Of a stretch of 64,000 nt of DNA, positions 7,804 to 18,079 are shown piece after piece (the first letter of the stretch is position 1; every line of letters begins with the position of its first letter). The notes below the pieces were generated by a model. That model was not told where the DNA came from, did no database searches, and saw only the letters and a list, made by a program, of their open reading frames with translations. The translations under genes were made by a program, and so were the position numbers. This stretch comes from Flavobacteriales bacterium UBA3376 (GTDB taxonomy: Bacteria; Bacteroidota; Bacteroidia; Flavobacteriales; Weeksellaceae): positions 919-64,918 of the forward strand of contig DEQC01000030.1 of the NCBI GenBank assembly GCA_002359055.1. The letters run 5' to 3'.

Positions 7804-10008
7804 AAACCAAAATCCGAGAGATACATTGAATAAACCTCTTTTTGTGGAAGGAGAATATGTCCATAGTCCGATGATAGGTCCCAATGGGCTGTCATATCCA
7901 TAACCAAGACCGTATCCAGTGAATTGATATTTTAAAGGTTGAATGTCTTCGAAATCGTTTTTTAAACTGGCCATATTGAAAAAACCAGACAAATAATGGT
8001 TTCTTAGGATTTTGGCTTGAAGTTTTCCTCCTACCAACATCAAATGATCGCCAGCCGAAGTGATAAAAGGTAAACCATAAAACCTCGAATAATTCATAAA
8101 ATCTTGTTCGACAAATCCACCCAAAATAAATTTCTGAGTCGTGAGCGCTTGTCCAGTGATATAATTTCCATAATCTCCGAAAAGATTGATCGATAACCAA
8201 GAATTGAACGGACGGTTGAATTGAACTTTTGCGCGTATCAAAGAGCTATTGGAAAAGTTTTCTGCATTTGAACTGAAATGGTATTTGAATTTTCCATCGA
8301 CTTTAATTCCTCTTCTCGGGAAATTCGGATTGTCCAAATTATCGGCTTTGAAATAACCATAGAAACTCATATAATAGTTGTCCTCCATTCGCTTGAAAGG
8401 ATCATCGTTTGGAAGATTATTGGTTTTTATATCCAAATATTGATGTTCTAAACCTGCACCAATTGCATATTTTTCGAACAAGGTCGATTGAATATAAAAT
8501 TGATTGATGAATTCATGGAATTTGTAGGTCAAATGAACATTTGGATAATCTGGGTCGAAATTGCTAATCTTAGCTTCCGAACGGAAGTTGTTGAATTTCG
8601 AATTGAATCCAAAACTTGGAAGTACGCCATTATCGATAAAATAATTCACCGAATATCTTGGGAAATCTCCAAGGATCAAATCGGCCGATAAAATAGAGTT
8701 TTTGAATAAAACTTGTTTGCTGGTAAAGTTGACCAATAAACCAGTTTTGAATAAATCATCATAATGCAAACCGAATTTCAATGACTGTTTGCTCGGCTTT
8801 TCTTGCACCAAAATATTGAGCGTTTTATGTCCCCTTTCGTTTTGTCTAATTCTATAATAGATTTTATCAAAATTTCCTGACGAATAAAGCGTTTTTACTC
8901 CATCTCTAATGGTTTCATAAGAAGCCAATTGCGGAGGTCTGATGCCGAGTTTCCCTTGAATATAAGTTTCATTGAAAGATTTCAATCCGCGGATGTTTAT
9001 GTCAGTAATTAATTGATAATCATTGACTGGCGGAACACTGTGTTTGATTTCAGGATGACCTTGTCTTTTGGCAATTTCTTTTAATTCATCCAAAACATTT
9101 TCAGCAGCAACTTTTCCAGCAATAATTATTTCATCTTTATTGTCGAAGCTTGTGACTCCATACCCTTTTAGATTTGGTTTAATGGTCAAATCGACCAATT
9201 TACTCTGTTCTGCTGACTTTTCAACGATGTTGTAAGTAATCAATTGTTCGATGACTTTGGTAGCTGATCTTAATTCTTCTTGAGAAGCCAATCCATCTTG
9301 CAAATCAATTCCAATGATATAATCCGCACCTAAATCCAAAACTTCCTGAACGGGATAATTATTTCTTACACCTCCATCGATATACAATTCACCATCGATA
9401 TAAACAGGATCAAACAAAGTCGGATAAGCTCCACTCGCCATCACGATTTGAGGCAAAAATCCTTCATTGAAAGTCACAGCTTCACCTGTACTTAGTTTTG
9501 TAGCTATACAAACAAAAGGAATGCGCAATTCATTGAAATTTTCAATATCGTGGGTATGACGAAATAGATAAGATAATTCGTCTATGGTTCCTTGACCGCT
9601 CGAAATTGCATTGGGAATAGACAATTTAAAATCGTCAAAAGGCAATTCTAATACATATTTTTCTCTGTAAGTTTTATCAAAAAAAGGCAATTCCGTTCTG
9701 GATTTCTCATTTAAAATCAAAGCATTTAAATCCAGGGAATACATGATTTTTTCTAATTCATCGGCCGAATAACCCGATGCGTAAAGTGCACCTATTATGG
9801 CTCCAATACTCGTTCCGCCTATATAATCAATTTTAACTCCAGCTTCTTCAATTACTTTTAAAGCACCAATATGCGCATAACCTTTGGCTCCTCCTCCACT
9901 CAACACCAATCCTACTTTAGGTCGATCTTCTTGAGCATTAAGTTGAAGGCTTGCAGCAAAAAAAATAAGTACAGTCCATAAAAATGGGAAATTGAATATT
10001 TTTCGCAT
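7801..10008 (-). CDS. Patatin-like phospholipase with POTRA and C-terminal beta barrel (PlpD/type Vd-like)
   Basis: Signal peptide; GGGAKG, GTSIG nucleophile, DGG; Omp85-like C-terminus SPLGPI...SLGFWF. Confidence 0.9.
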   Translation of the reverse strand: MRKIFNFPFLWTVLIFFAASLQLNAQEDRPKVGLVLSGGGAKGYAHIGALKVIEEAGVKIDYIGGTSIGAIIGALYASGYSADELEKIMYSLDLNALILNEKSRTELPFFDKTYREKYVLELPFDDFKLSIPNAISSGQGTIDELSYLFRHTHDIENFNELRIPFVCIATKLSTGEAVTFNEGFLPQIVMASGAYPTLFDPVYIDGELYIDGGVRNNYPVQEVLDLGADYIIGIDLQDGLASQEELRSATKVIEQLITYNIVEKSAEQSKLVDLTIKPNLKGYGVTSFDNKDEIIIAGKVAAENVLDELKEIAKRQGHPEIKHSVPPVNDYQLITDINIRGLKSFNETYIQGKLGIRPPQLASYETIRDGVKTLYSSGNFDKIYYRIRQNERGHKTLNILVQEKPSKQSLKFGLHYDDLFKTGLLVNFTSKQVLFKNSILSADLILGDFPRYSVNYFIDNGVLPSFGFNSKFNNFRSEAKISNFDPDYPNVHLTYKFHEFINQFYIQSTLFEKYAIGAGLEHQYLDIKTNNLPNDDPFKRMEDNYYMSFYGYFKADNLDNPNFPRRGIKVDGKFKYHFSSNAENFSNSSLIRAKVQFNRPFNSWLSINLFGDYGNYITGQALTTQKFILGGFVEQDFMNYSRFYGLPFITSAGDHLMLVGGKLQAKILRNHYLSGFFNMASLKNDFEDIQPLKYQFTGYGLGYGYDSPLGPIIGLWTYSPSTKRGLFNVSLGFWF

Positions 10009-10062
10009 AAGTCAAAGCTGATCTAATGATTTAATGTGTTAAAATACACATTCCTATTCGTA

Positions 10063-10079
10063 CAAATGTACTATTTTTG
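10063..10079. promoter_or_regulatory. Back-to-back divergent -7 boxes (TACATTTG on minus, TATTTTTG on plus)
   Basis: Two TAnnTTTG matches 1 nt apart between the patatin gene and asd. Confidence 0.55.
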
Positions 10080-10097
10080 TTAAAAAATTAGCCAAAG

Positions 10098-11087
10098 ATG
10101 AAAATTGCAGTTGTAGGTGTCACCGGTATGGTTGGGCAAATTATTTTAGATGTTTTGAAGGAAAGAAATTTTCCTGTGAGTGAATTGATTCCAGTGGCTT
10201 CTGAAAGATCAGTCGGAAGTGAAATTGAATTTGGAGGAAAAATTCATAAAATTGTTTCGATTGAAACTGCATTTGAAAAACAACCCAACATTGCTTTATT
10301 TTCTGCAGGTGGCGATTTGTCCAGAGAATGGGCGAAAAAATTTGCTGAGAATGGATGTAGAGTAATCGATAATTCATCGGCTTTCAGAATGGATGCAGAT
10401 GTGCCTTTGATTGTTCCGGAAATCAATGGAGACTTGCTGGCAGATGAACATTATTTGATATCGAATCCCAATTGTTCTACCACTCAATTGGTAATGGTTT
10501 TGAATCCAATTCATAAAAAATATAAAATCAAAAGAGTCATAGTTTCAACTTATCAATCAGTGACTGGAACTGGTAAGGATGCAGTTGAGCAATTGGAAAA
10601 TGAAATCGCTGGGAAAACTGCGAATATGGTTTATCCTTATCCTATTTTTAAAAATGCAATTCCTCATTGCGATACTTTCGATGAATTGGGTTATACCAAG
10701 GAAGAATTGAAATTGATGCGTGAAACTCAAAAGATTTTGGACGATCGAACTATTGCTGTTACAGCAACTGCAGTAAGAGTTCCCGTGCAAGGTGGACATT
10801 CTGAATCTGTCAATTTAGAATTGAGAAATCCATTTGAATTAACGGATTTGAGAAAACTTTTGCATCAAACAGAAGGTGTGACTTTACAGGACAATACAGA
10901 TACCAATACTTATCCGATGCCGATTTATGCCGAAGGAAAGGATGATGTTTTTGTCGGTCGTATCAGAAGAGATTTGTCGCAAGCGAATTCATTGAATATG
11001 TGGATAGTTTCTGATAATTTAAGAAAAGGTGCAGCGACCAATACTGTTCAAATCGCTGAATATTTATTGAAAAATAATTTGGTCTAA
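10098..11087 (+). CDS. asd: Aspartate-semialdehyde dehydrogenase
   Basis: VGVTGMVG, DNSSAFRM, NPNCSTTQ catalytic Cys, DNLRKGAATN. Confidence 0.98.
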   Translation: MKIAVVGVTGMVGQIILDVLKERNFPVSELIPVASERSVGSEIEFGGKIHKIVSIETAFEKQPNIALFSAGGDLSREWAKKFAENGCRVIDNSSAFRMDADVPLIVPEINGDLLADEHYLISNPNCSTTQLVMVLNPIHKKYKIKRVIVSTYQSVTGTGKDAVEQLENEIAGKTANMVYPYPIFKNAIPHCDTFDELGYTKEELKLMRETQKILDDRTIAVTATAVRVPVQGGHSESVNLELRNPFELTDLRKLLHQTEGVTLQDNTDTNTYPMPIYAEGKDDVFVGRIRRDLSQANSLNMWIVSDNLRKGAATNTVQIAEYLLKNNLV

Positions 11088-11105
11088 ATCGGCTAATCCA
11101 TCGAA

Positions 11106-11879
11106 ATGTATATAGAAAGCGCTCAAAATCAAAGAATTAAAAATTTAATTAAACTTCAACAAAAATCCAGAGAAAGAAAAAATCAAGGAATTTTTCTGGT
11201 GGAAGGAATTCAAGAAAATGATTTGGCTCTGAAAGCGCAATTTGAAGCCGTTGAGTTTTATGTGTGCGAGGATATATTTGATGGATCGATTGAACTTAAT
11301 CATTTTAAAGTTTTCAAACTTTCTCCTGCCCTATTTGAGAAATTGGTTTATCGCAAAACTACGGGAGGAATTTTAGGAGTTTATAAAACCAAGGAAAATT
11401 CTTTGGATGCTATACAACTCAAGGATGGAGCTTTGGTGGTGGTTTTAGAATCCATAGAAAAACCAGGAAATTTAGGAGCGGTTTTGAGAACTTGTGATGC
11501 TGCTGGTGTTGATTTATTGATAGTTTGCGATCCATTGGTCGATTTTTACAATCCAAATGTTATCAGAAGTAGTGTGGGAACAGTTTTTACGAATCAAATC
11601 GCAGCAGCCGATAAACAAAAAGTTGCCGACTGGTTAAAAACTAACGAGGTGAAAATTTATTCCACATATTTGAGAGAAGATACCAAAAGTTTGTATGCGA
11701 TGGATTTTAGAAAGAATTCAGCCATTGTTTTAGGCACAGAAAATTCGGGTTTGTCAGATTTTTGGTTGGAGGTATCCGATGAATTGATAAAAATTCCTAT
11801 GCATGGAAAAGTTGACTCATTGAATATTTCCAATGCGGCAGCGATTTGCATTTATGAAGCTGTTCGTCAAAAATCATAG
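11106..11879 (+). CDS. TrmH/SpoU family RNA methyltransferase
   Basis: EKPGNLGAVLRT, LGTENSGLS, IPMHGKVDSLNIS. Confidence 0.95.
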   Translation: MYIESAQNQRIKNLIKLQQKSRERKNQGIFLVEGIQENDLALKAQFEAVEFYVCEDIFDGSIELNHFKVFKLSPALFEKLVYRKTTGGILGVYKTKENSLDAIQLKDGALVVVLESIEKPGNLGAVLRTCDAAGVDLLIVCDPLVDFYNPNVIRSSVGTVFTNQIAAADKQKVADWLKTNEVKIYSTYLREDTKSLYAMDFRKNSAIVLGTENSGLSDFWLEVSDELIKIPMHGKVDSLNISNAAAICIYEAVRQKS

Positions 11880-11993
11880 ATCAAATTGATTTTAATTTCT
11901 GAATTCATGTAATAAAACTGATTGAGTCGGATGTATTTATACCTAATAAAAAAATTTGTGTTAAATTAACTGATTAAAATTAAAATTTAAGAC

Positions 11994-12593
11994 ATGAAAA
12001 AGTATTTGACTATCTTAATGCTGATTTGTTTTTTATTCGCTTATGCACAAGAAACCAAACATCCTTTTCAACTTAATATAGGATCTGATATAGGAAATTC
12101 AAAGGTTGAAATGAATGATCACTCCGTTAACTCTTCCACCAATGGTCTTTTTGTAGATTTAAATTATTCTTTAAAATTTATTCGTTTTGAAACAGGTTTG
12201 GGTTATTTCAATACGCAAGGAAATTGGGCTGAATCTGGTAATTCCTATTTTATGGAAAATCAATATTTGAATATTCCTTTGGGAATAAGTGGTCAATTTG
12301 GTTTTAAAAGAGGTGAAGAAGTTACTCAATCCCCATTGTCTTTATTGATCGGAGTTGGAGTTTACACCAACTATTTGATGCAATCTAAAATCGAAGGTTT
12401 GAATAAGGAAAATGATTTAGGTTGGAATTTTGGAATGTATTCTAAAATCGGTGCGAATTTTCAAATGAACGATTTACTTTTTTTAGGTGTTGGATTGAAA
12501 ACCCAAAGAGATTTTTCAGACATCGATAAGAATGATATTTCTGTGAAGCAAAATCGAAATGTGTTTTATTTCAATTTAGGATTTGATTTATAG
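11994..12593 (+). CDS. Small outer-membrane beta-barrel protein (PorT/OMP-like)
   Basis: Signal peptide AYA|Q, YLNIPL strand, amphipathic strands, C-terminal FNLGFDL. Confidence 0.7.
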   Translation: MKKYLTILMLICFLFAYAQETKHPFQLNIGSDIGNSKVEMNDHSVNSSTNGLFVDLNYSLKFIRFETGLGYFNTQGNWAESGNSYFMENQYLNIPLGISGQFGFKRGEEVTQSPLSLLIGVGVYTNYLMQSKIEGLNKENDLGWNFGMYSKIGANFQMNDLLFLGVGLKTQRDFSDIDKNDISVKQNRNVFYFNLGFDL

Positions 12594-12611
12594 AAAAATG
12601 AAATATTATGG

Positions 12612-12654
12612 AATTGCTGTTATTCTAATTACTTTAACAGCAATTTTTTTTTTT
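12612..12654 (+). terminator. Intrinsic terminator
   Basis: AATTGCTGTTA / TAACAGCAATT 11-bp stem followed by a long T run. Confidence 0.85.
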
Positions 12655-12754
12655 GCTCAAAAATTAAAAATTTAATTCTTCTTTAAAGCACTTCAAAAAT
12701 TTCTCTAAAAGTGAGCAAAAAACGACCTATTTTAATTAAGCTCTAACGAAAAAT

Positions 12755-13465
12755 CTAATTAAAAATGACCGTCAACACTTCCAAAGATTTTGGTGGTCTA
12801 AAATCGCTTATATGAAGCTCGTAGTATTTCAAAAGTATGTTGATGAGTGATTTTCTTTGGTTTTGGTTGAAGAGATTTTCAGTTTGCTGAAAAAAATCCA
12901 GTTGAATTAATTTTTCCCATGATTTCAGTTCATCACCATCGACAAAAAAATGTCCAGGATTTGCATCGGTTGAAATTCCTTCGACCAAATCAAAATATTT
13001 TGAGTCGAAATCAATGTTGGGATAAAATCCTAAATAAACGGTTAGGTTCAACAAAAACCAAAGATGAAAATCGGCATAGCAATTTTGGTTCTCATCAAAT
13101 TTCAAAAGTGAAGTTTGAAGGAATTCGTACAAATTTGGATTGTATTCTTCTTCTTTCAAAACCGAATGTAGAACTTCTGCTAAAAATAGAGCAATGCAAG
13201 TTTTTTCAGCTTGTGAATGTAGGTTTATATAATGTCGACTTTGTCTAACTTCGCTAAAATGGTTGAGCGATGTGTTTTTATTTTCTTTATAAACCACTTC
13301 AATTTGAGTCAAAGGATGAAAAAGTGCGCTGATTTTCTGTTTTTTTGAATGAGTGCCTTTGACAAAGAAAGATTGAATACCTGTTTTTTGGGTATAGCAT
13401 TTAAGGATTTTCCCAGTTTCTCCATATTGAATCGAAGACAGAACGATGGCTTCAGTTTTTATCAT
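12755..13465 (-). CDS. recO: DNA repair protein RecO
   Basis: TEAIVLSSIQYGE OB-fold N-terminus, LGFYP, FDLVEG, KSLEVL; directly downstream of porZ. Confidence 0.93.
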   Translation of the reverse strand: MIKTEAIVLSSIQYGETGKILKCYTQKTGIQSFFVKGTHSKKQKISALFHPLTQIEVVYKENKNTSLNHFSEVRQSRHYINLHSQAEKTCIALFLAEVLHSVLKEEEYNPNLYEFLQTSLLKFDENQNCYADFHLWFLLNLTVYLGFYPNIDFDSKYFDLVEGISTDANPGHFFVDGDELKSWEKLIQLDFFQQTENLFNQNQRKSLINILLKYYELHISDFRPPKSLEVLTVIFN

Positions 13466-13466
13466 T

Positions 13467-15734
13467 TTATCTTACGATTGCAATTTTAGTTTGTTTGCTT
13501 TGAGAGGCATCTTTATTGGTCATCAAAACCAAATAAATCCCAGAAGCGACATATTTTCCATTCATATTTCGAGTGTCCCATTTGGCAACTCCTCCGCTCG
13601 CTTTGGTGTGATAGATTAAATTTCCGACTACATCTACTATTCTTACGTCTGCATCATTCGGCAAACCTTTGATGGTCACTTCGCCTTTGAATCCAGGTCT
13701 GACAGGATTTGGATAAGAATACACATCTCCGAACGAATCTCCCACTTCTACAGCATCGCTTCGATAAGAAACAAGTCCTTTGTCAGTAGCAAAAAATACC
13801 ACTCCCGATTGATTGTCGATGGCTATTTTGTTGACTTTATTGGAAGGCAAAGGCGAATTACCTGAGGTAAAGTGATGAACGGTTTTAGTACCGTCAGATG
13901 AGAAGCAATAAACACCGCCGGTTTCAGTAGCCACCCATTTTTGATTGGCTCCGTCAATGGCGATATCATTGATTTGAACATCGGTCAATAAAGCTTCTGG
14001 TATTCCATTTTGTTCGATGATAACGGGTTGGGTTTGGAAATTTCCTGATTTGATGGATTCGATGGGATTGTATAAAACCCTTAGTCCCATGATGGTTCCT
14101 ATCCAAAGTGTTCCATTCATATCCACAGCTACTGCAGGAACTTCACTCGATGGTAAATCTCCTCTTTCAACATTTGCATCTACGGTATAGACCTCGTTCA
14201 TATCGGTCATTTTCAAACCACTACTACTTCTTGGCAAAGCAGCAAATACATAATCTCTATAAAAAAATGGTTTTCTCGCTCCTGTGTCACTTCCCGAGGC
14301 CAATAAATCGATGGATTCCCAAGTATCATTGGGAGTTTTTTTATGCATAAAAGATTTATATCCAGGTTCAGCAGTGGATTGTTGCACCCATAGATTTCCT
14401 TCGTCATCGAATCTTGACCCTCCTATTCTCGCACGAAATATCAACGTACTGTTGTCTTCATTATAATTCTCAACCATTTGACCATTTTTGAATTTAAGCA
14501 ATCCAATATTGGGCGAGGTTTCGTTCCAACTCGGGAACTCTAAATAAGTTGAAACATAAAATTCTGTGATATCATTTGGATTGACTTCAATATCGACCAC
14601 GTCTTTTGCGTTGAGCATATCTTCAGATTTATAATGAATCCATTGTTCACCATCGAAATGATAAAAACCATTGGGATTTGAAAGGGGTTGATAGAAGTTT
14701 TGAATACTACCTGGAGCAATCCAAATTTGGTCTTGTACTGCAGTTACTGACAAAGATTGATTGTTGTAAGGTCCATCGGGTTTTATGCTTAAATTATCTC
14801 TTAAAAGTCCATATCGACGCGAACCACCGTAAGTGATATTGTTGACTTTGATACCGATATTGAGCGGATGTTCGTATTCGTGAGAATCGATGAGGTTTAA
14901 GTTTTCATCATAATTACTAACTCGTGTGTATTGAGTTATGCTTAGCACATTTCCATTGACATTAATGTTTGTTAAAGATGGAAAATTTCCCCAAAAAGAC
15001 CAGTTTTCTCCATCGAATAAATAGATATTGTCTCCTGTAGAAGCCAATATTTGATTTTGAAATAAAACAATTTGTTTAAATTCAGTATTGGGCAATTGAT
15101 TGACTTGTTCCCAAGCGACGAAATTTGCAATAAATTCGTTCATGGGATGCGTATAAACACCTTTTTCACTTGCGGCGTAAATCGCTCCTTCAAAAACAAC
15201 GGATTCGTTCACGGCAAAATAAGCATTGGCTTGAGTGAAATAAACAGTTTCTAAAAATTCTTGTTCGATCAAATCAAAAGAAGCCAAACCAAATTCACCA
15301 GAAATAATGGCTGAATTCCCAAATGGGAAGATATGATTTACAATTTTGCTTCCTGTATAGAATTGATGCAGAGGAATTTCAAGTAAATTATAATTTTCAT
15401 CTTCACCCAAAATATCTATTTCTCCACTTTCGTATCCGATCAAAATAAAACCCAATTCATGATTGAATGTAAACGAGCTAATTCCTACATCATTTAATTC
15501 ATCGACCTTTGAATTCTTCTCAATTTCTTGCGTATTGGGATCGTAAATAAAAAATCCATTTTCAGAACTCGCAAAGATATATCCATTGACTTCGAACAAG
15601 TGTCTAATATTGCCATAAGAGAAATAATCATCCCATTTTACTTTAGAATTTTGTGCAAAGGTTAATCCAGTGGTGGATACAAACAAAAGCAAGCCTAAAA
15701 TAATGGTAAAATACTTTTGAAATCGTGTGTTCAT
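13467..15734 (-). CDS. porZ: Type IX secretion system anionic-LPS delivery protein PorZ
   Basis: WDDYFSY N-terminus, beta-propeller repeats (DGANQKWVAT, NSPLPSN), C-terminal T9SS CTD (YPNPVRPG...WD...ASGIY...KIAIVR). Confidence 0.9.
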   Translation of the reverse strand: MNTRFQKYFTIILGLLLFVSTTGLTFAQNSKVKWDDYFSYGNIRHLFEVNGYIFASSENGFFIYDPNTQEIEKNSKVDELNDVGISSFTFNHELGFILIGYESGEIDILGEDENYNLLEIPLHQFYTGSKIVNHIFPFGNSAIISGEFGLASFDLIEQEFLETVYFTQANAYFAVNESVVFEGAIYAASEKGVYTHPMNEFIANFVAWEQVNQLPNTEFKQIVLFQNQILASTGDNIYLFDGENWSFWGNFPSLTNINVNGNVLSITQYTRVSNYDENLNLIDSHEYEHPLNIGIKVNNITYGGSRRYGLLRDNLSIKPDGPYNNQSLSVTAVQDQIWIAPGSIQNFYQPLSNPNGFYHFDGEQWIHYKSEDMLNAKDVVDIEVNPNDITEFYVSTYLEFPSWNETSPNIGLLKFKNGQMVENYNEDNSTLIFRARIGGSRFDDEGNLWVQQSTAEPGYKSFMHKKTPNDTWESIDLLASGSDTGARKPFFYRDYVFAALPRSSSGLKMTDMNEVYTVDANVERGDLPSSEVPAVAVDMNGTLWIGTIMGLRVLYNPIESIKSGNFQTQPVIIEQNGIPEALLTDVQINDIAIDGANQKWVATETGGVYCFSSDGTKTVHHFTSGNSPLPSNKVNKIAIDNQSGVVFFATDKGLVSYRSDAVEVGDSFGDVYSYPNPVRPGFKGEVTIKGLPNDADVRIVDVVGNLIYHTKASGGVAKWDTRNMNGKYVASGIYLVLMTNKDASQSKQTKIAIVR

Positions 15735-15791
15735 AAGTCAAATTAGTGTATGTAAAATCAACGGAAGTATCTGTTTTTTAGTATTGAAAAC

Positions 15792-16502
15792 TTAGAAGTT
15801 TTGTTTGACCATATACTTATCATAGAAGGCTTTTATATGGCCCACAGCCTCATCTGCTGTATCGACCAATCGATACAAATCAAAGTCCTCTTCGGATATA
15901 TAGCCTGAAGCTAAAACCTGTTCTTTGAGCCAATCGATAATTCCCGACCAATATTCAGTTCCTACCAATACGATTGGAAATCTACCAGTTTTTTTGGTTT
16001 GAACCAATGTCAGTGCTTCAAAAGTTTCGTCCAAAGTTCCTAATCCACCGGGTAGAACAATGAATCCTTGTGCGTATTTGACAAACATAACTTTTCGTGC
16101 AAAGAAATAGTCGAAATTGATGCTGTAGTCGTAGTCCACAAATTCATTCAATCCTTTTTCAAAAGGCAAACTAATTCCTAAACCAACTGATTTCCCTTGA
16201 CCTCTTTGAGCGCCTTTGTTGGCAGCTTCCATGATTCCAGGCCCACCACCTGTGATCACTCCGAACCCTAATTGAGTCAATTGATAACCAATTTCTTCGG
16301 CAATTTTATAATATTCTGAGTCGGGTTGTGTCCTTGCTGATCCAAAAACGGAAACGCAGGGACCTATTTTTGACATGGTTTCATAACCTTCTACAAATTC
16401 TGACATGATTTTAAACAAAGCCCATGAGTCATTTGATTTGACTTCATTCCATGTTTTTGGTGCCAGTTTTTCTCTTATTCTATCGCCATCTTTATCTATC
16501 AT
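15792..16502 (-). CDS. LOG family (TIGR00730-type) nucleotide phosphoribohydrolase
   Basis: VFGSAR, TGGGPGIMEAAN, FFARKVMF, PGGLGTLDE. Confidence 0.93.
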   Translation of the reverse strand: MIDKDGDRIREKLAPKTWNEVKSNDSWALFKIMSEFVEGYETMSKIGPCVSVFGSARTQPDSEYYKIAEEIGYQLTQLGFGVITGGGPGIMEAANKGAQRGQGKSVGLGISLPFEKGLNEFVDYDYSINFDYFFARKVMFVKYAQGFIVLPGGLGTLDETFEALTLVQTKKTGRFPIVLVGTEYWSGIIDWLKEQVLASGYISEEDFDLYRLVDTADEAVGHIKAFYDKYMVKQNF

Positions 16503-16524
16503 ATCTAACTTTTTAAATCTCTGT

Positions 16525-17874
16525 CTAATCTAATGAAATTAACTCGATGTATTTTTCTGAAAATAAAAATCCTTTGATAATGGATTCAATTACGATGTCG
16601 CTTTCCAATTTGATCATTCGTTCTTTTATGCGTTTTTGCGAATTGATTTGATGATGAAAATCGAAATATCCATAACCTTCACATCGACCATTATTGACCC
16701 ATACAAAAGCTTTTTCTAAACGATTTCTGCCGGGTTGTATCATCAAAAAGTTTCTGTCTTCTATATTAATTCTCTCCAATAGTTTATCGACCCTTTCATT
16801 GTAACTTTCAGTTGATTCAATTCCCTCACATGCTCCAAAACATTCGTTCACTTCAAAGCTCAAACAAACTTTATCATCTGGACTTTGTTCGTTTAACTTC
16901 GGGCAAAGGTCAAATTCTTCGATGATCAATGAAAGTACATTTTTTGCAACTCTCAGATTTTCAAATCGCATGATGGGTTCTTCAGTGGTTTTGTCATGAG
17001 GTTTGATTCTCAGTGTTTTATAACCATTTTCTTCTCCCAAGTACAAAGCATTTCTATAGTTCAAAGTCTTTGCGTTGAACTTTGGTTTGAGTTGTCTAAT
17101 TTCGTTGATTTCTTTAAGTCTGGAAATCAATTCACTACCGGTAATTTCGTATTTTACACTCTTAAAGTTCAATCGAATTTTATTGGCTAAACCGGTTTTG
17201 CTGGTCAATAATTTTCGGACGCCTTGAGCTATGTTCATGACTCTTGATAGATAAATTACTTCATTTTCTTCATTGAGAAAATAATACAATCCAATTCTGT
17301 TCGGTAAGTCTTTGTAATAAGAAAAATATTTTTTGCTCGTTATTTTTGGTTCGACTATGAATTTAGAAATGTTTTTATCAGAATCTTTGGCCAATAAAAG
17401 TTTGAACAATTCGATGGTCGCTCTTGCATCGCCCGCAGCTCTGTGCCTATCTGACACTGGTATGCCCAATTCTTTGCTCAATCTCCCTAAAGAATAAGAA
17501 GTAGCATCAGGAAAATATTTTTCGCTCAAAGGAACAGTATCTATAGTCTCTCTATAGTAGGTATAACCCAACTTTTTGAACTCTTGTCTGAGCATTCTAT
17601 AATCAAAATCGATATTATGTCCGACCAAAATAGTTCCTTCAGTAATTTCAATGATGCGTTTGGCCAACTCATGAAATTTAGGTGCAGTTCTGACCATTTT
17701 GTCTGTAATTTGAGTCAACTTTTGTACATAAGGATCTATTTTTCGATCGGGTGAAACCAATGAAATCATTTGGTCAACTACAGTTTCTCCATCGAATTTA
17801 TAAATAGCGATTTCTATTATATCTTCTTCTCCTCTTTTGCCTCCTGTAGCTTCTATGTCTAATACTGCGTACAT
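16525..17874 (-). CDS. DEDDh 3'-5' exonuclease (DnaQ-like) fused to a degenerate GIY-YIG/UvrC-like region
   Basis: DIEATG, HNIDFD, HRAAGDA; LP..IGLYYF...VIYLS; Cys cluster C-x12-C-x7-C-x3-C. Confidence 0.85.
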   Translation of the reverse strand: MYAVLDIEATGGKRGEEDIIEIAIYKFDGETVVDQMISLVSPDRKIDPYVQKLTQITDKMVRTAPKFHELAKRIIEITEGTILVGHNIDFDYRMLRQEFKKLGYTYYRETIDTVPLSEKYFPDATSYSLGRLSKELGIPVSDRHRAAGDARATIELFKLLLAKDSDKNISKFIVEPKITSKKYFSYYKDLPNRIGLYYFLNEENEVIYLSRVMNIAQGVRKLLTSKTGLANKIRLNFKSVKYEITGSELISRLKEINEIRQLKPKFNAKTLNYRNALYLGEENGYKTLRIKPHDKTTEEPIMRFENLRVAKNVLSLIIEEFDLCPKLNEQSPDDKVCLSFEVNECFGACEGIESTESYNERVDKLLERINIEDRNFLMIQPGRNRLEKAFVWVNNGRCEGYGYFDFHHQINSQKRIKERMIKLESDIVIESIIKGFLFSEKYIELISLD

Positions 17875-18079
17875 TATTTATTTTAAAAATGTTTTTTTAT
17901 GTTCATGTTTTTTGAGTTTAAATCGGTTGATGTGTAGTTTTTATTTCATTAAGATTACGATTCTAACTGCATTTAATTTTGGTCGATTATCTTTTATAAA
18001 TGAAAAGTCACAAATTTAAAAATTACTTTGAGTTTAAATAGTAAAAGGTTTTAGAATACTAATTTAATTGAAAGATGGC

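Noticed and set aside
11880..12754. Beta-barrel gene as a horizontally acquired islet
   Set aside because: It has native-looking TCGA usage and a Q-rule signal peptide, with no mobility signatures
17875..18079. Tiny upstream ORFs (e.g. ATG-AAA-TAA, MNIKKHF) in the long leader of the exonuclease gene
   Set aside because: Expected by chance in very AT-rich DNA; no attenuator structure or informative codon run
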